Source: Podarcis melisellensis (taxonomy: Eukaryota). From it: a stretch of 64,000 nt of DNA. The translations under genes were made by a program, and so were the position numbers. The stretch lies in assembly GCA_964234715.1 (NCBI GenBank), contig OZ174284.1; one strand, 5' to 3'. The notes beneath the pieces are model-generated. The model made no database searches, was not told where the DNA came from, and saw only the letters and a list, made by a program, of their open reading frames with translations. Each line of letters opens with the position of its first letter. Position 1 is the first letter of the stretch. This document shows positions 11,972 to 23,120 of this stretch, in pieces.

Positions 11972-14114
11972 CTGGAAATACAAGAGGGGGGAAATAAGAT
12001 GAGAAACATGGAGGATCCAAGTTGCATTTAAAACATAGGTGTCAGGAAAACAAGCAGTTTTTTGTTGCCATCGGATGAGCCTCGCCAATGTGGGGAACGA
12101 CCAGAAACACTCTTGCCGATGACCTCAGTGTTTGAACTTGAATATACCCAGGGACCTAAATTGTCCAGGGCTTTGTACATTAATACAAGGACCATGAACT
12201 AGGCTTGGTAGTAGATGAGCACCATTTCCACAATGGTGTCAGATGTTGTGGGCCATGTTCCCTCATCAATTTCTGCACCAGCTAGAGCTTCAGGAGCAGA
12301 GTCAATGGCAGCCCCACAGAGCGTGTTGCAGTAATCCAGCCCTGGGGTTATGAACCCATGGACCACAGCAGTTGTATAAAGACTAAGCCACTGTTGACCA
12401 CTTCTCTTGGTGGCACTCTAGAACGTTAGACATTACAGAAGCCTTTCCCAACCTGATGCCCACCAGATGTTTGGGACTACAATTCCCATCAGCCCCGGCT
12501 TAGGGAAGGCTGCACCACAGCGTCACAAAAATCTTCACTTGGTGGCTTCATCACACTATTTAATTCCATCCGCATCGCTGTCAATCGACATTTCAGGCCC
12601 GGGAGGGGTCGTGTGAATTGGCCTTTATATACAGCCAAGCTAATTTCGCACTAAGTGTGGCATGGGCAATACTTTTTCAATGGGTTCATTTTTCCTTAAT
12701 AACAAAAAGAGAGCTCTCTTTTAACGCCCGCCTGGAGAAACAGGGGGAGCACCACACCCCAAGGGGTCTTTTGGCGCAGAGAAGAGCTTTCGCTAATGAA
12801 TGATCGTGCATCGGGGGGTCACATTCTGTTTGTGGCCAACGCTCCATCTATAAAAACATATTGGGAGGTGCGACACCCAAAAGCTCCAATTAAACCAAAT
12901 CGAGTAACCTAAATGAACTTCTTAGCATTGAGGCAGACAGATGAAAACCAGTCTCCCTCAGCTAATTACCCGCTTTACTCTCGAAACTATTGTTTAATTC
13001 GGTAATGGATTACAATGTTCTTTTTTGCCGTATAATTTTCCAAGCGAGCGACATCTTGGACACAATTAGAAGCAGAAATAAATGTGCCCGTTGTTTACGG
13101 TAGATTTAACAACAGAGTAGCTATGGGAATAGGCTGTATATGTACTTAATTGTAACAATTTAACCTTCAAATAGCGGTGTCTGGTGTAGTTGACCCAGTA
13201 AAAGTACGTATAATTACACAAGTTGACCTTGGCGACCTTCGATTGTGGGGCCCCCTCCCTCCCCACCCTTTTTATCAGTCAGTCAGTTTCTAATGATGTC
13301 TGAAGCAGAAATCTGAGGGAATTGTCACAGAGTAAATTGTGTATTGAAAGGAGGCCTTTAATGTTTTGTGAAGTTGTGAGGTTTTAAATGGGGCAGCAGT
13401 TGGGCTGATTTACATTTGTAAAGATTGGAATGCTAGACAAACAGCGAACCCATTTATTTTCCAACCGGGTAGCTTTGGAAATTTATCCTTATGCTCGCTA
13501 AATAGAGTGAGGGAAAATAGTGTAATAAAAAAGTGGATTGAAAAGAATTAGCTTGGCTCCTGAAGGAAAATTGGGCTGTTTATGTGTGGACTCCCCTCTC
13601 CTCCCCACCTCACGCTCTCCCCCATCTCTCGGATTAATACCCGCTCATAGCTCTTGACTGAAAATACAGATTATGGAACCGGTCCTGAAAACGCTTTTCA
13701 AGTTATTTATGCTCAAAGCAGCTTCATAGAGAAAACACACACTCCTAATTTTGGATCCCCCCACTCTTCCCCGACATATTTTTATATTTCGTTATATTCC
13801 ACCTACATCTTATTGAGTGGAGCAGATGGAAATAAAAAAAGGGCTCCTGCAGAGGGTAAGCAGTTATTTTCTGAGCTCTTTAGCACCTGACCATTTTTGT
13901 TTCTCTGCAAAAATAAAAAAAGCCCCATGTTAAACAGCTTTTCTGGCCAAATTGCACAATACTTGCAGAGTTCTTCCTCCCACAAAGCATACCTCAGTTA
14001 TATAAAAAGAAGCTCGTATGAATATATAACTGGGTGTGTGTTGGTGGGGGGAAGAGTCTGCCCCCCAATCACATCTCCCCTGTTGATTGTGGCCAGAGTG
14101 GTCCATACTCAGTT

Positions 14115-14730
14115 AGGTAAAGGGGTAAAGGTAAAGGTAAGACTCCCTGGAAAAGACCCTGATGTTGGGAAAGATGGAGGGCACAAGGAGAAGGGGACGA
14201 CAGAGGAAGAGGTGGTTGGACAGTGTTCTCGAAGCTACCAGCATGAGTTTGACCAAACTGCGGGAGGCAGTGGAAGATAGGTGTACCTGGCATGCTCTGG
14301 TCCATGGGGTCATGAAGAGTCAGACATGACTAAATGACTAAACAACAACAACAAAGGTAAAGGACCCCTGGGTGGCTAAGTCCAGTCAAAGGCGACTATG
14401 GGGTTGCTGCGTTCATCTCGCTTTCAGGCTGAGGGAGGCAGCGTTTGTCCACAGACAGTGTTCCAGGTCATGTGGCCAGCATGGCTAAACCGCTTCGGGC
14501 ACAACGGGACACCATGACGGAAACCAGAGCGCACGGAAATGCCGTTTACTTTCCTGCCACAGCGGTACCTATTTATCTACTTGCACTGGCGTGCTTTGGA
14601 ACTGCTAGGTTGGCAGGAGCTAAGACAGAGCAACAGGAGCTCACTCCATCGTGGGGATTCGAACCACCGATCTTCTGATCAGCAAGCCCAAGAGGCTCAG
14701 TGGTTTAGACCACAGTGCCACCCGCATGCC
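14115..14730 (-). mobile_element. Sauria SINE with a BovB fragment inserted in its tail
   Basis: (AAAGGT)n tail split at 14140/14353; body is the reverse complement of the Sauria consensus. Confidence 0.88.
14141..14352 (+). mobile_element. BovB (RTE-clade) LINE 3' end
   Basis: Encodes DSLEKTLMLGKMEGTRRRGRQRKRWLDSVLEATSMSLTKLREAVEDRCTWHALVHGVMKSQT, the BovB ORF C-terminal pattern. (CAA)n tail; flanked by aaaggtaa on both sides. Confidence 0.9.
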
Positions 14731-14819
14731 TACCCTCACTTACCACAACAATGGTAGCCTTGCCTCATGCATGCCTTTCCAGAGCTGCACCAGAACAAAG
14801 GTGGTTCTTCCTTCCCTTA

Positions 14820-15011
14820 GGGAAGGTCTATAGCTCAGTGGAAGAACATCTGCCTTGCAAGAAGAAGGTCCTAAGTTCAATCCCTGGCATCTCCAGGTCG
14901 GGTTAGGAAAAACTCCTGCCTGAAATCATGGAGAGCAGCTGCTAGGCAGTATAGACATTAGTGAGCTAGGTGGACCAACAGTCTGACTCTGTATAAGGAA
15001 GCTTCCTATGT
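14820..15011 (+). mobile_element. tRNA-derived SINE, older family
   Basis: A box TAGCTCAGTGG, B box AGTTCAATCCC, tail ending gcttcctatgt. Related copies at ~24711-24885 (-), 48303-48490 (-) and 53920-54065 (+). Confidence 0.75.
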
Positions 15012-17154
15012 AAATGCAGTAGTGGCAGACTGTTGGGCTGACAGATAAGCTCAAGGTGGAGAACTGGTGACTCTCCAGATGTTACTCTCATCAGTTCCAG
15101 CCAGCATGGGCATTGTCAAGGCTGATGAGAGTCCAGCAACATCTGGAGGGATACAAGTTCTTCACCCCTGCCATGGGCAATGCTTGCAAACCTATTCCAA
15201 TATCATGTTTCACAAAGAAGGTGAAATGGCCTTCCTCCACCAGACCCCTTGCTTGGCTTACATGGTGGTGGTAGCAGTGACAACACTGATGGGGTTCTTC
15301 AACCTTGGGTCCCCAGCTGTTGCTGGACTACAACACCCATCATCCCTAGCCAGGTCACTCAATGGACAGGAATAATGGGGTGGGAGTTGCAGTCCAGGAA
15401 CGAGTCTGAAGAATGCCACTCTAGATGATGTAGAGAGAACAGTTGTTTTCCAACTTTCTACTTTCAAAGAAGAAAATATGACATTTCCTTATATTGGGCT
15501 TGGCCAACCTGGCACCCTTCGGGACTGCAGATCCCATCAGCTATCTTACACAAACCAATGGTCTATCTACTTTGGTACTCTTAGTGGCAGCAGCTCTCTG
15601 GGCAAATGTCTCTCCCAGCACCTGCTCTCTCTCTATTCTGATTTGTAAGGAGCACTTAAGCCACAGTTTCCTGGTTTAGGCATCGCAGGAAACAGTGGTT
15701 TAACAAGCAGAGATGTCAATGTCAAAGCCAGGCAAGGTGAGGGGGTGGGTGCAGGCACAAGACTCCTTGGTCTAATGAACCATGGTTTGAAATTGAAATT
15801 ACACTGTTATTTTTGAATCGGGCCTATTTGTACATCTAGCCAAGCACTATGTAATCGTACCTTGACTGGCAGTGACTCTCCAAAGTCTCAGGAAGAATTT
15901 TTTCCCATCTGCTATTACCTGATCCTTTTGAGCAGAGGCACAAAAGATTTGAGCTGAGCCCTCTTCGTGTTCTCCTTTGGATGTCCTGTTCTCTGGTGAG
16001 AACAGGCTTTGACTAAAGAGTTATTTCAACACTTTTTACAACATGCAAGCATACCTGAAGAATGGCCATGCAAGCATACCTGAAGAATGGCCATATTGGC
16101 CATTAAAAAGTCCTGTGCTATTTTATTGTTTGCTAAATTGTGATTTTAAATCAATCTGTTAACTTCCAACATCACATCTAGCTGAGCCCCTAGAATTTCC
16201 CTCTCTGCTGGTTACACAAATCATTTATACTTGCAAATATTTATATTATTATTATATTTTAATTCTTCTTCTTTTTTTCTTTTTTTGCAGGCAAGAAGAT
16301 TGTAGTGATGGCCACTATCTTTTTTTTAAAAAAAGAAAAGAAAACCTGTCACTAATCCGAAACCTCTATACACTGAAAAAGAAGCCCACCGTCTTTTGTT
16401 CTGTGGCTAACAAAAATTATCTGCCTTGCTTGACTGATAAAGATTAGCCGACTTCTTGCATTAAAGAAGTTTATCTTGTACGGGATGAAGTGACAAGACA
16501 GTAACTAAGTGCTAATTGTGCATAACCAGCGCTAAAGATATGCAGGCCCATTACGACATGCAATAAATGAAGCGAACAACAAGAACGTATTAGACAGTTT
16601 TAATAATGACACTAGAACAGTGGTTTGGAGCAATAAGGATGGGGGAAAGTCTTTAAGAGTTTCAATTCAAAAGAGTATGCAATTATTTCGTACTTGAATG
16701 GATTTCACTGGTAGGGTAAGGCTGACCTTATTTTGAATGCAGACTCTTTAGTTCTGCACCAAAACAAGGCTGATGTATAGGAACTGTAAATGGCCCTGTA
16801 ACTTCTAATTGCTTAGCATTATTACATAGTTTAAACAGTGGTTATTACTTGTCTGATATTTTAATTTTCTGCATATCGTGATGAAAAAGGTCAATTTGGC
16901 TTTGTTTTAGAATGTAATTGTAGAAAGCTATAATTATGGCAGCTGCACAATTCACACTGCATGAGGGATGCTCGGCTGTATGTGTGCGTGTGTGTTTTTA
17001 AAACTCACTATGTCGCTACAGAAAGAAGCGGAGCAGCGTGGGCTGCCTCTTCCATTATTTTACCCCACACATTAGAGAAACGGGCAAATCTGTTCATTTC
17101 CTGACCATGACACTTTGTGGGGGTTTTTAAAGCCAGGACTAGCTAATGTGGCAT

Positions 17155-17493
17155 GGGGACCTGGGTGGCGCTGTGGGTTAAACCACAGAGCCTAGAGCTT
17201 GCCGATCAGAAGGTCGGCGTTTCGAATTCCCATTGCTCGGTCCCTGCTCCTGCCAATCTAGCAGCTCGAAAGCACATCAAAGTGCAAGTAGATAAATAGG
17301 TACCGCTCCGGCGGGAAGGTAAACGGCATTTCCGTGTGCTGCTCTGGTTCGCCAGAAGCAGCTTAGTCATGCTGGCCACATGACCCGGAAGCTGTACACC
17401 AGCTCCCTCGGCCAGTAAAGCGAGATGAGCGCCGCAACCCCAGAGTCGGTCACGACTGGACCTAATGGTCAGGGGTCCCTTTACCTTTACCTT
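17155..17493 (+). mobile_element. Sauria SINE inserted in a decayed hairpin hAT MITE
   Basis: 14-bp TSD tagctaatgtggca at 17140-17153 and 17494-17507. MITE-like sequence continues to ~17610. Confidence 0.92.
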
Positions 17494-18715
17494 TAGCTAA
17501 TGTGGCACTCTTTAGATGCTGTTGGACGACAACTCCCATCATCAGCTGACCATTGGCCATGCTGGCTGGCGCTGATGGGAGTTATGGTCCAAGGACATCT
17601 AGAGGGCTAGCCCTCTTTTTACCCATCATTCAGTTCGGTCTCCACAGGAGCAGCCCATGTGGTGAGGCAGAGCCACAGAATGGCCCTCCTGGCACTTGGG
17701 TTGCTGCAGCTTGCCCGGATGCCATTGGGGTGGGGCTGGGCAGCTGTGAGGTTGGGGCTCCATCAGCGCACCAAGCACTGGAACCAATCTGGCGGCCCTA
17801 CCAGGGCAAGTGCACAGCCCAAAGGTATACACACAGCAGAGAGCTAACTTTCTTGTAAAAGACAACCCTTACAGTCGCTTCTACAGCTTTGGATACCTCT
17901 GCACACCAATCTGGAATCTAGGCAGCTATTTCCAGGTCTGTGCTGTATGGAGCTGTTGCAGCAGCTGGAGACCACCCCCTTTCCACCAGTTTATGTACCT
18001 TCCCCTGACAGGGTGAGCACAGGTAGCTGGAGACTACGCCTGCGTGGAAACTGCCTCTGCTCTTCCTGCTTCAGTTCCCTTCTGGTTCTGGGAGAGAGTG
18101 GTGCAGGGAGAGGGTAGGGAAGCCCCCAGCACTTTCTTTGCCTGGCCTGTCTCTTCCTCCGCTTTGAAGCTTCCCTTGCCTCTGATTCTTGCTTCCTGGT
18201 TGGTACAGGAACCCAGTTGGTACAGGAACCCAGTCCTGCCAGTCCCTGACACTGCCCCACTCCAGTGCAGGTTTAGTTGCAGTGACATTCCATTCCAGTG
18301 GCTTCCATGTTAAGCCAGTTAAGGTTGAGGAAGTAGGAGAGCCACCTCAACAAACATTTTTATGTATTTTATAACATATTTAACGTGCGCCTTCTTCCAA
18401 AAAATGGGCTGTACCCATTGTTATGCAAGCAAAGTTCCACTCACCCAAGAGGACTCCCCTTTCTTCTGCTCTACAAACACCTCCCTGAAATCTGACTTGC
18501 AGGGTGCACATAGTGGCCGGAAGGGCAAGGAGAAGAGGAAGTTCTTTTGTGCTCATGGAAGTTTGCTGTGCAAGTGGATGTTGGGATGCATCTTGGGAGA
18601 TGGGGTAATTGGCAGCCCCCCAGCTGGCTCCAGCCCACCGGCTGGCAGCTGGGGCGAACTCCACGTCTTGGAACAGCATCAAAAACTGTGACTCAAGCCT
18701 CAGAAACCTTTAGAG

Positions 18716-19852
18716 CAGTGTTTCCCAACTGGTGTTCCGCGGCACACTAGTGTGCCGCGAGACGTTGCCTGGTGTGCCGTGGGAGGGAGGCGGGCGAGTC
18801 GGGCAGCTAGAGGCCTTAGGCGCCCTGCAGAAAGGCGTCCTCTTTGTGGGTGGGTTCTCCCCCCTCCCTTAGCGCATCGTATTTAGTTGGGGATTCTGGA
18901 GAGGGGGGCGGGGGCGCGCTGGCCCCGAGCGGAACAGACGCGCCGTCGTCCCCACCTCCCTCTCCTCAGTAGCTCCGAGCCGACTGACTGAGGGTGGGAC
19001 GCGGCCAGCGGCGTCCTCTGTCTCTCTCTCTCCGCCTCCCAGCACCGCTTTTCCCGAGGCGGGTGCGCGCCTAAGGCTGAATGGGAGCAGCCTGGAGGCT
19101 TGGCGGCCTCTCAGCGGCTCATGACGGGCGTCCCCGAGGCGGGAGGTGCTGAGCAGGGGCTCTGCGAGAGGGCGCGAGGGATGCGTGGTGGTGCCTGCGC
19201 GCGCGTGACTTAAGAGGGCGACCTGCTGCCTCTCCTCTCTCTCCCCTCCCTCCCCTCATGGGCACGGAGTCCCCGGCACAGCTTGGCGCTACTACAGCTA
19301 CAGCTGCTGCTGCTGCTCCTGCTTGGATGAAGGCGGCTGCTTCTTCCTAATGCCCAGCCTCTGAGGGACCGCAGTCTCCCGCCCTTTTTTTTTTTTTTTG
19401 GCGGGATGCTGAGGTAAAGGATCCCCTCGCGCGCGGGCGGGCATCTCTTTGGGCAGGGCGCGTGTGGAGGCTTAAGGTGGGGAGTGTGGAGGGGTTGCCG
19501 CTTGCGAGGGGAGGGTTCATATTGTATTGGGCTGCGGTGTGGGCGACACGGCTCTCCAATGGCCAGCCCGCGGAGGAACATTGAGTTGGAGCATTTCGAG
19601 GAGAGGGACAAAAGGCGCACTGAATAAAGTATTTTATAATTTTTCATATTTCTGTTTACTTACTATTTCATAATAAAGTAATTATAAAATACTTTATTTG
19701 TGTTTATTTGATTCCTATTAAAGAGAGTTACTTTATATATAGTCAATATAGGCACAGAGTTAATTTTTTAAACATTTTCTAATGGTGGTGTGCCTCGAGA
19801 TTTTTTTCATGAAACAAGTGTGCCTTTGCCCAAAAAAGGTTGGGAAACACTG
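18716..19852. mobile_element. Non-autonomous hAT transposon (1137 bp) carrying CpG-rich cargo, Pack-type candidate
   Basis: TIRs CAGTGTTTCCCAAC / GTTGGGAAACACTG; perfect 8-bp TSD ctttagag at 18708-18715 and 19853-19860; subterminal GTGTGCC repeats; no transposase ORF. Confidence 0.92.
19559..19627 (+). pseudogene. DCLK2: Captured 5' coding fragment of doublecortin-like kinase 2, forming a 22-codon ORF
   Basis: MASPRRNIELEHFEERDKRRTE*. IELEHFEERDKR is identical to my recollection of the human DCLK2 N-terminus (MASTRSIELEHFEERDKRPR). DCLK1 (MELEHFDERDKA) and DCX fit less well. The last codons and the stop lie at the junction with the AT-rich transposon arm. Confidence 0.8.
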
Positions 19853-20900
19853 CTTTAGAGACTGAGCACGCAAGCCAGCAAAGATAAGAACTCTTTGCAA
19901 CGGAAGTAGCGGACAGAGGCATATGTAAGCATATTTACAAGCGTTTATTCAGCATTTGAACAAAGGAAAAACATGTCTGCTTCCCTTCGTGTCCAAGCAA
20001 AAAGCATAGGCAAAAGCTATATGCAATGGAAGTTCTGCTGGAAGTAAACAGACATGTGACATACAAAAACTTCACATACCTGTTCTAAAGGTGGAACGGA
20101 AACTCATTATCCTAACAGTGGATACAGCCCAACGTGCATTTCAACACTTATGAAGTGTTGAAAACTGAATCATAATATTCTGCGAATGTTTTAAAGTTTT
20201 AAAGTCAGAGTTTTAAAGTTTCGCAGCCCTGCAGCATTTTAACCTGAGACTCCAAAAGAATCTGTCCGTGTACAATTTTATAATGGGTTGGGTCTAGACT
20301 TAGTCAAGCTCAGAGAAGAATCAAGTGATTTCAGTGGGTCTAAAAGTAGCAATGACTTGAGCCCAGTTGGTTTCTGCAGGTCTAAGTCTGGATTCAAGCC
20401 AACATGCTCAAAGTCAAAATGAAGCGGATCTCCAAAAGGATAGGACCTCCATAATTTCATAGCCACAGAAGGTTTTGCTCTATGTGATACTGGGGCTCAG
20501 TGATGGTGGCAGCATTACGATGGAGCTGCCACTCAAATTCGGAGCTGCATTCAGATGCAATTTGCACCAATGGATTTTAGCATTACAATCAAGAATGGCC
20601 TCAGGCTTGCAAGCCATGGTTTACTATGTTTGCCGCTAAACCATGAACAACGTATACAGTACAATCACCGTAGATGTGGGGCAAAGGGGAAAACTAAGTT
20701 CATGCCTGTAATACTGAACCACAGATAATTATTGTGCAAGAGTAGGGTTGCTGTGATAAGAGGTAGGTAAGAGCAGGTACACTGTGTCCAGTTTTGACCA
20801 GAGAATGATTGCAAGATATTGTACCTCCATACCCTCCTAATTCTAGGTCAGTCCCAAGTTGGTCTCAGTACATGGAAGGAGACTTAAGAAACTCTCCTAC

Positions 20901-21026
20901 CTCTGATTACAAAGTTGACAGGCGAAGCAGTCCAGGTGGTAAACATTGTCCTTGGCCCTCATCACCATCTCAAAAGCAGGGATGAGTTTGCTGCAGGCTG
21001 CACAGTTCCCCGTAACGCCAAATAAC
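20901..21026 (-). CDS. LMO3: LIM domain only protein 3, penultimate coding exon (126 nt, N-terminal part of LIM2)
   Basis: Translates (R)LFGVTGNCAACSKLIPAFEMVMRAKDNVYHLDCFACQLCNQ(R). Pyrimidine tract plus AG acceptor (ttttctgtag) at 21027-21028 and GT donor (AG|gtagga) at 20899-20900; phase 2 at both ends. Confidence 0.97.
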
Positions 21027-21552
21027 CTACAGAAAAGGAAAAAAAGATGAGTGGAGGAGGCATGATTGGTTGGGTCAAGAAAAGAGAAACCCCCTATATA
21101 GTACCCAATAATCACACTTGCATTTTTCTTCCTTCCCAGACATAAATCTATATTTGATTTCACCACGAGACTAAACTTCTCTCGGAAATGCTAAAGTGCA
21201 AATGTACCGAGAGGGCGATGGTGGAGGCACGAGCTGCTTTTCATCTTCACTCGCAGATAAGTATTCTACTGTCATAAAGCTTTCTACAAAAGGCGGAAAG
21301 ATACGGAACTGCGGGGAAATGGTTTATTCTCTCCCTTCGCAAGAAAAATCTACATAGCTAGCATACAGTACATAAAGTTACTCGATGTGGTAGGGAGTGA
21401 GGATTCTCATTCTTGGAAAGATGATAAAGGAAGGGGAAAACAACAAGCCCGGGACTATGTTATAGGGTATAGAAATTTCTTAAATAAATAAGAAATAATA
21501 ATAAATAAAGCTCAGCAAAATGTTAGCCTATGGCACGGATTATGGAGTGAGC

Positions 21553-21686
21553 NNNNNNNNNNNNNNNNNNNNNNNNNNNNNNNNNNNNNNNNNNNNNNNN
21601 NNNNNNNNNNNNNNNNNNNNNNNNNNNNNNNNNNNNNNNNNNNNNNNNNNNNNNNNNNNNNNNNNNNNNNNNNNNNNNNNNNNNNN
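21553..21686. other. Assembly gap (134 N)
   Basis: N run. Confidence 1.
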
Positions 21687-23037
21687 GAGCTCACTGTAAA
21701 TATGAGTGTGATGTAAAACCTTGGCCTCAGTGCTATTTATTTGTAACACACAAGCTTTAGCAAAAGAGGAAATAATACTTTGGTGCTGGTGCGGGGAAGG
21801 CTCCCATTGCAGTCGTTTTTGACACCTAGTGCTAAAAGCTTTACCATTATTAAAGAGCATTTTATGAAGAAGTCATTTAAAGCGTCAGAAAGCATTAGTG
21901 GTTCATGCACCTTCCAACCTTGTACCATGCTTATAGCTATGATTATGTTATTCAAGTAGCCCATTAAAGTAAATGAGGCAGTCAGCTATATATAGCCACA
22001 TTAGGAGCGCAGGTACATTATATTGTAGGAACAATTTCAAATCTCTTATGAAATGTTTTAACTTTGGTGATGGGGGGTGGGGAGAACCCACTTCCTTTTT
22101 TTAAACAGATGCGCGTGCATACGAGCACAGTCGCACATTGTTCAAGGTGGTCCCCCTCCTCCGCACACAGCTGGTATGTTCCAAATAATGAAATAATCCT
22201 ACACACATCTATACAGAATTTTAATTCTAATAAGGGAGGATTATGAACTTTTTTTTCTTTCCTTTTCGGATGCACACACCGCCGATCTTTGAAACCAACT
22301 TTAATGCAAAGCTACTTAATACATGCAAATGGGTTTTTTCCCCCTTTTAAAAAAGTAGCAATGCTCTTCCTCTGTGTTTAGCAGTTAATGCCATTTTAAA
22401 GTATGATACAAAATAGATGAAAATGCCACATCTGCCGCCTTCCTTTTTGCTCTTCAACATCAGGCTGACAGCAGAAAAATATTAATGGCTCTCGGGGGAA
22501 ATGCCGAATTAAAAGCAGTTCTGAGCTAATGAATTCAAAGGTGCTACAGTCGAAAACTTGGTTTGGCAACACACACAGATAAGCGCAAACCTTCCCATAT
22601 GAAATGGGTACACCAGTGGTGCCTGCACAGCTAACCAAGCCCTGACATCAGCTCAGTGCACACATTTTGCATAATACATACAGCATGTTTATGCTGTATG
22701 TTAGGAACCACTTTTCTGCTGATTGTCTGGTGCACTAGTTTACCCAGATTTTATATCTATATATCTAAAATGTTCAGAGATAAACAAAACAACAACAAGG
22801 CTTAATCACCAGCATCCCTATGTTCATCAACTCCTGGTAGATTTATTATTCAGGCTCATGTCAACTTCATTTTGCTAATTGTGAAGACGGATGATTAAAA
22901 TTATATGTACACACAGAGAGACAGAGGGTTGTGTGTCTCTCCACAATCACTTCTCAAAAGATTCCACCCCAGCAATTCTCAAATGGCCTTGGGCAAGCCA
23001 TGCCAGTTCAAAAACAAAAAGAGGCTGGATCCAACTA

Positions 23038-23120
23038 AGCCCTACTCAGAGTAAACTCACTGAAATGAATGGGTCTAAGTTGGTACTACTAGCTTCAGTG
23101 AGTCTACTCTGAGTAGGGCT
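23038..23120. repeat. Palindromic MITE-like hairpin
   Basis: 27-bp inverted arms (23038-23064 and 23094-23120) with one mismatch. Confidence 0.75.

Larger units (their letters stand above)
18579..20117 (-). mobile_element. Solo LTR (~394 bp net) interrupted by a hAT element
   Basis: Termini TGTTGGGAT...ATCCTAACA (TG..CA, short inverted repeat). 5-bp TSD gtgga at 18574-18578 and 20118-20122. Minus-strand AATAAA at 19949-19944. Confidence 0.75.

Noticed and set aside
18200-18233. 17-bp tandem duplication ttggtacaggaacccag
   Set aside because: Ordinary slippage duplication with no further structure.
19559-19627. A genuine DCLK2 gene at this locus
   Set aside because: The frame stops after 22 codons at the transposon arm, no doublecortin domain or later exons follow, and it is enclosed by TIRs and a TSD.
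19210-19647. 145-aa minus-strand ORF in the cargo
   Set aside because: Low-complexity antisense reading of GC-rich DNA with no recognisable domain.
11866-21026. Calling the gene LMO1
   Set aside because: LFGVTG, RAKDNVY and the QTDYEEGLMKEGYAPQVR ending fit LMO3.
20897-21166. 89-aa ORF as a complete LIM protein
   Set aside because: Only 20901-21026 is exon. The N-terminal part is intron and pyrimidine tract, and the stop lies in the splice donor.
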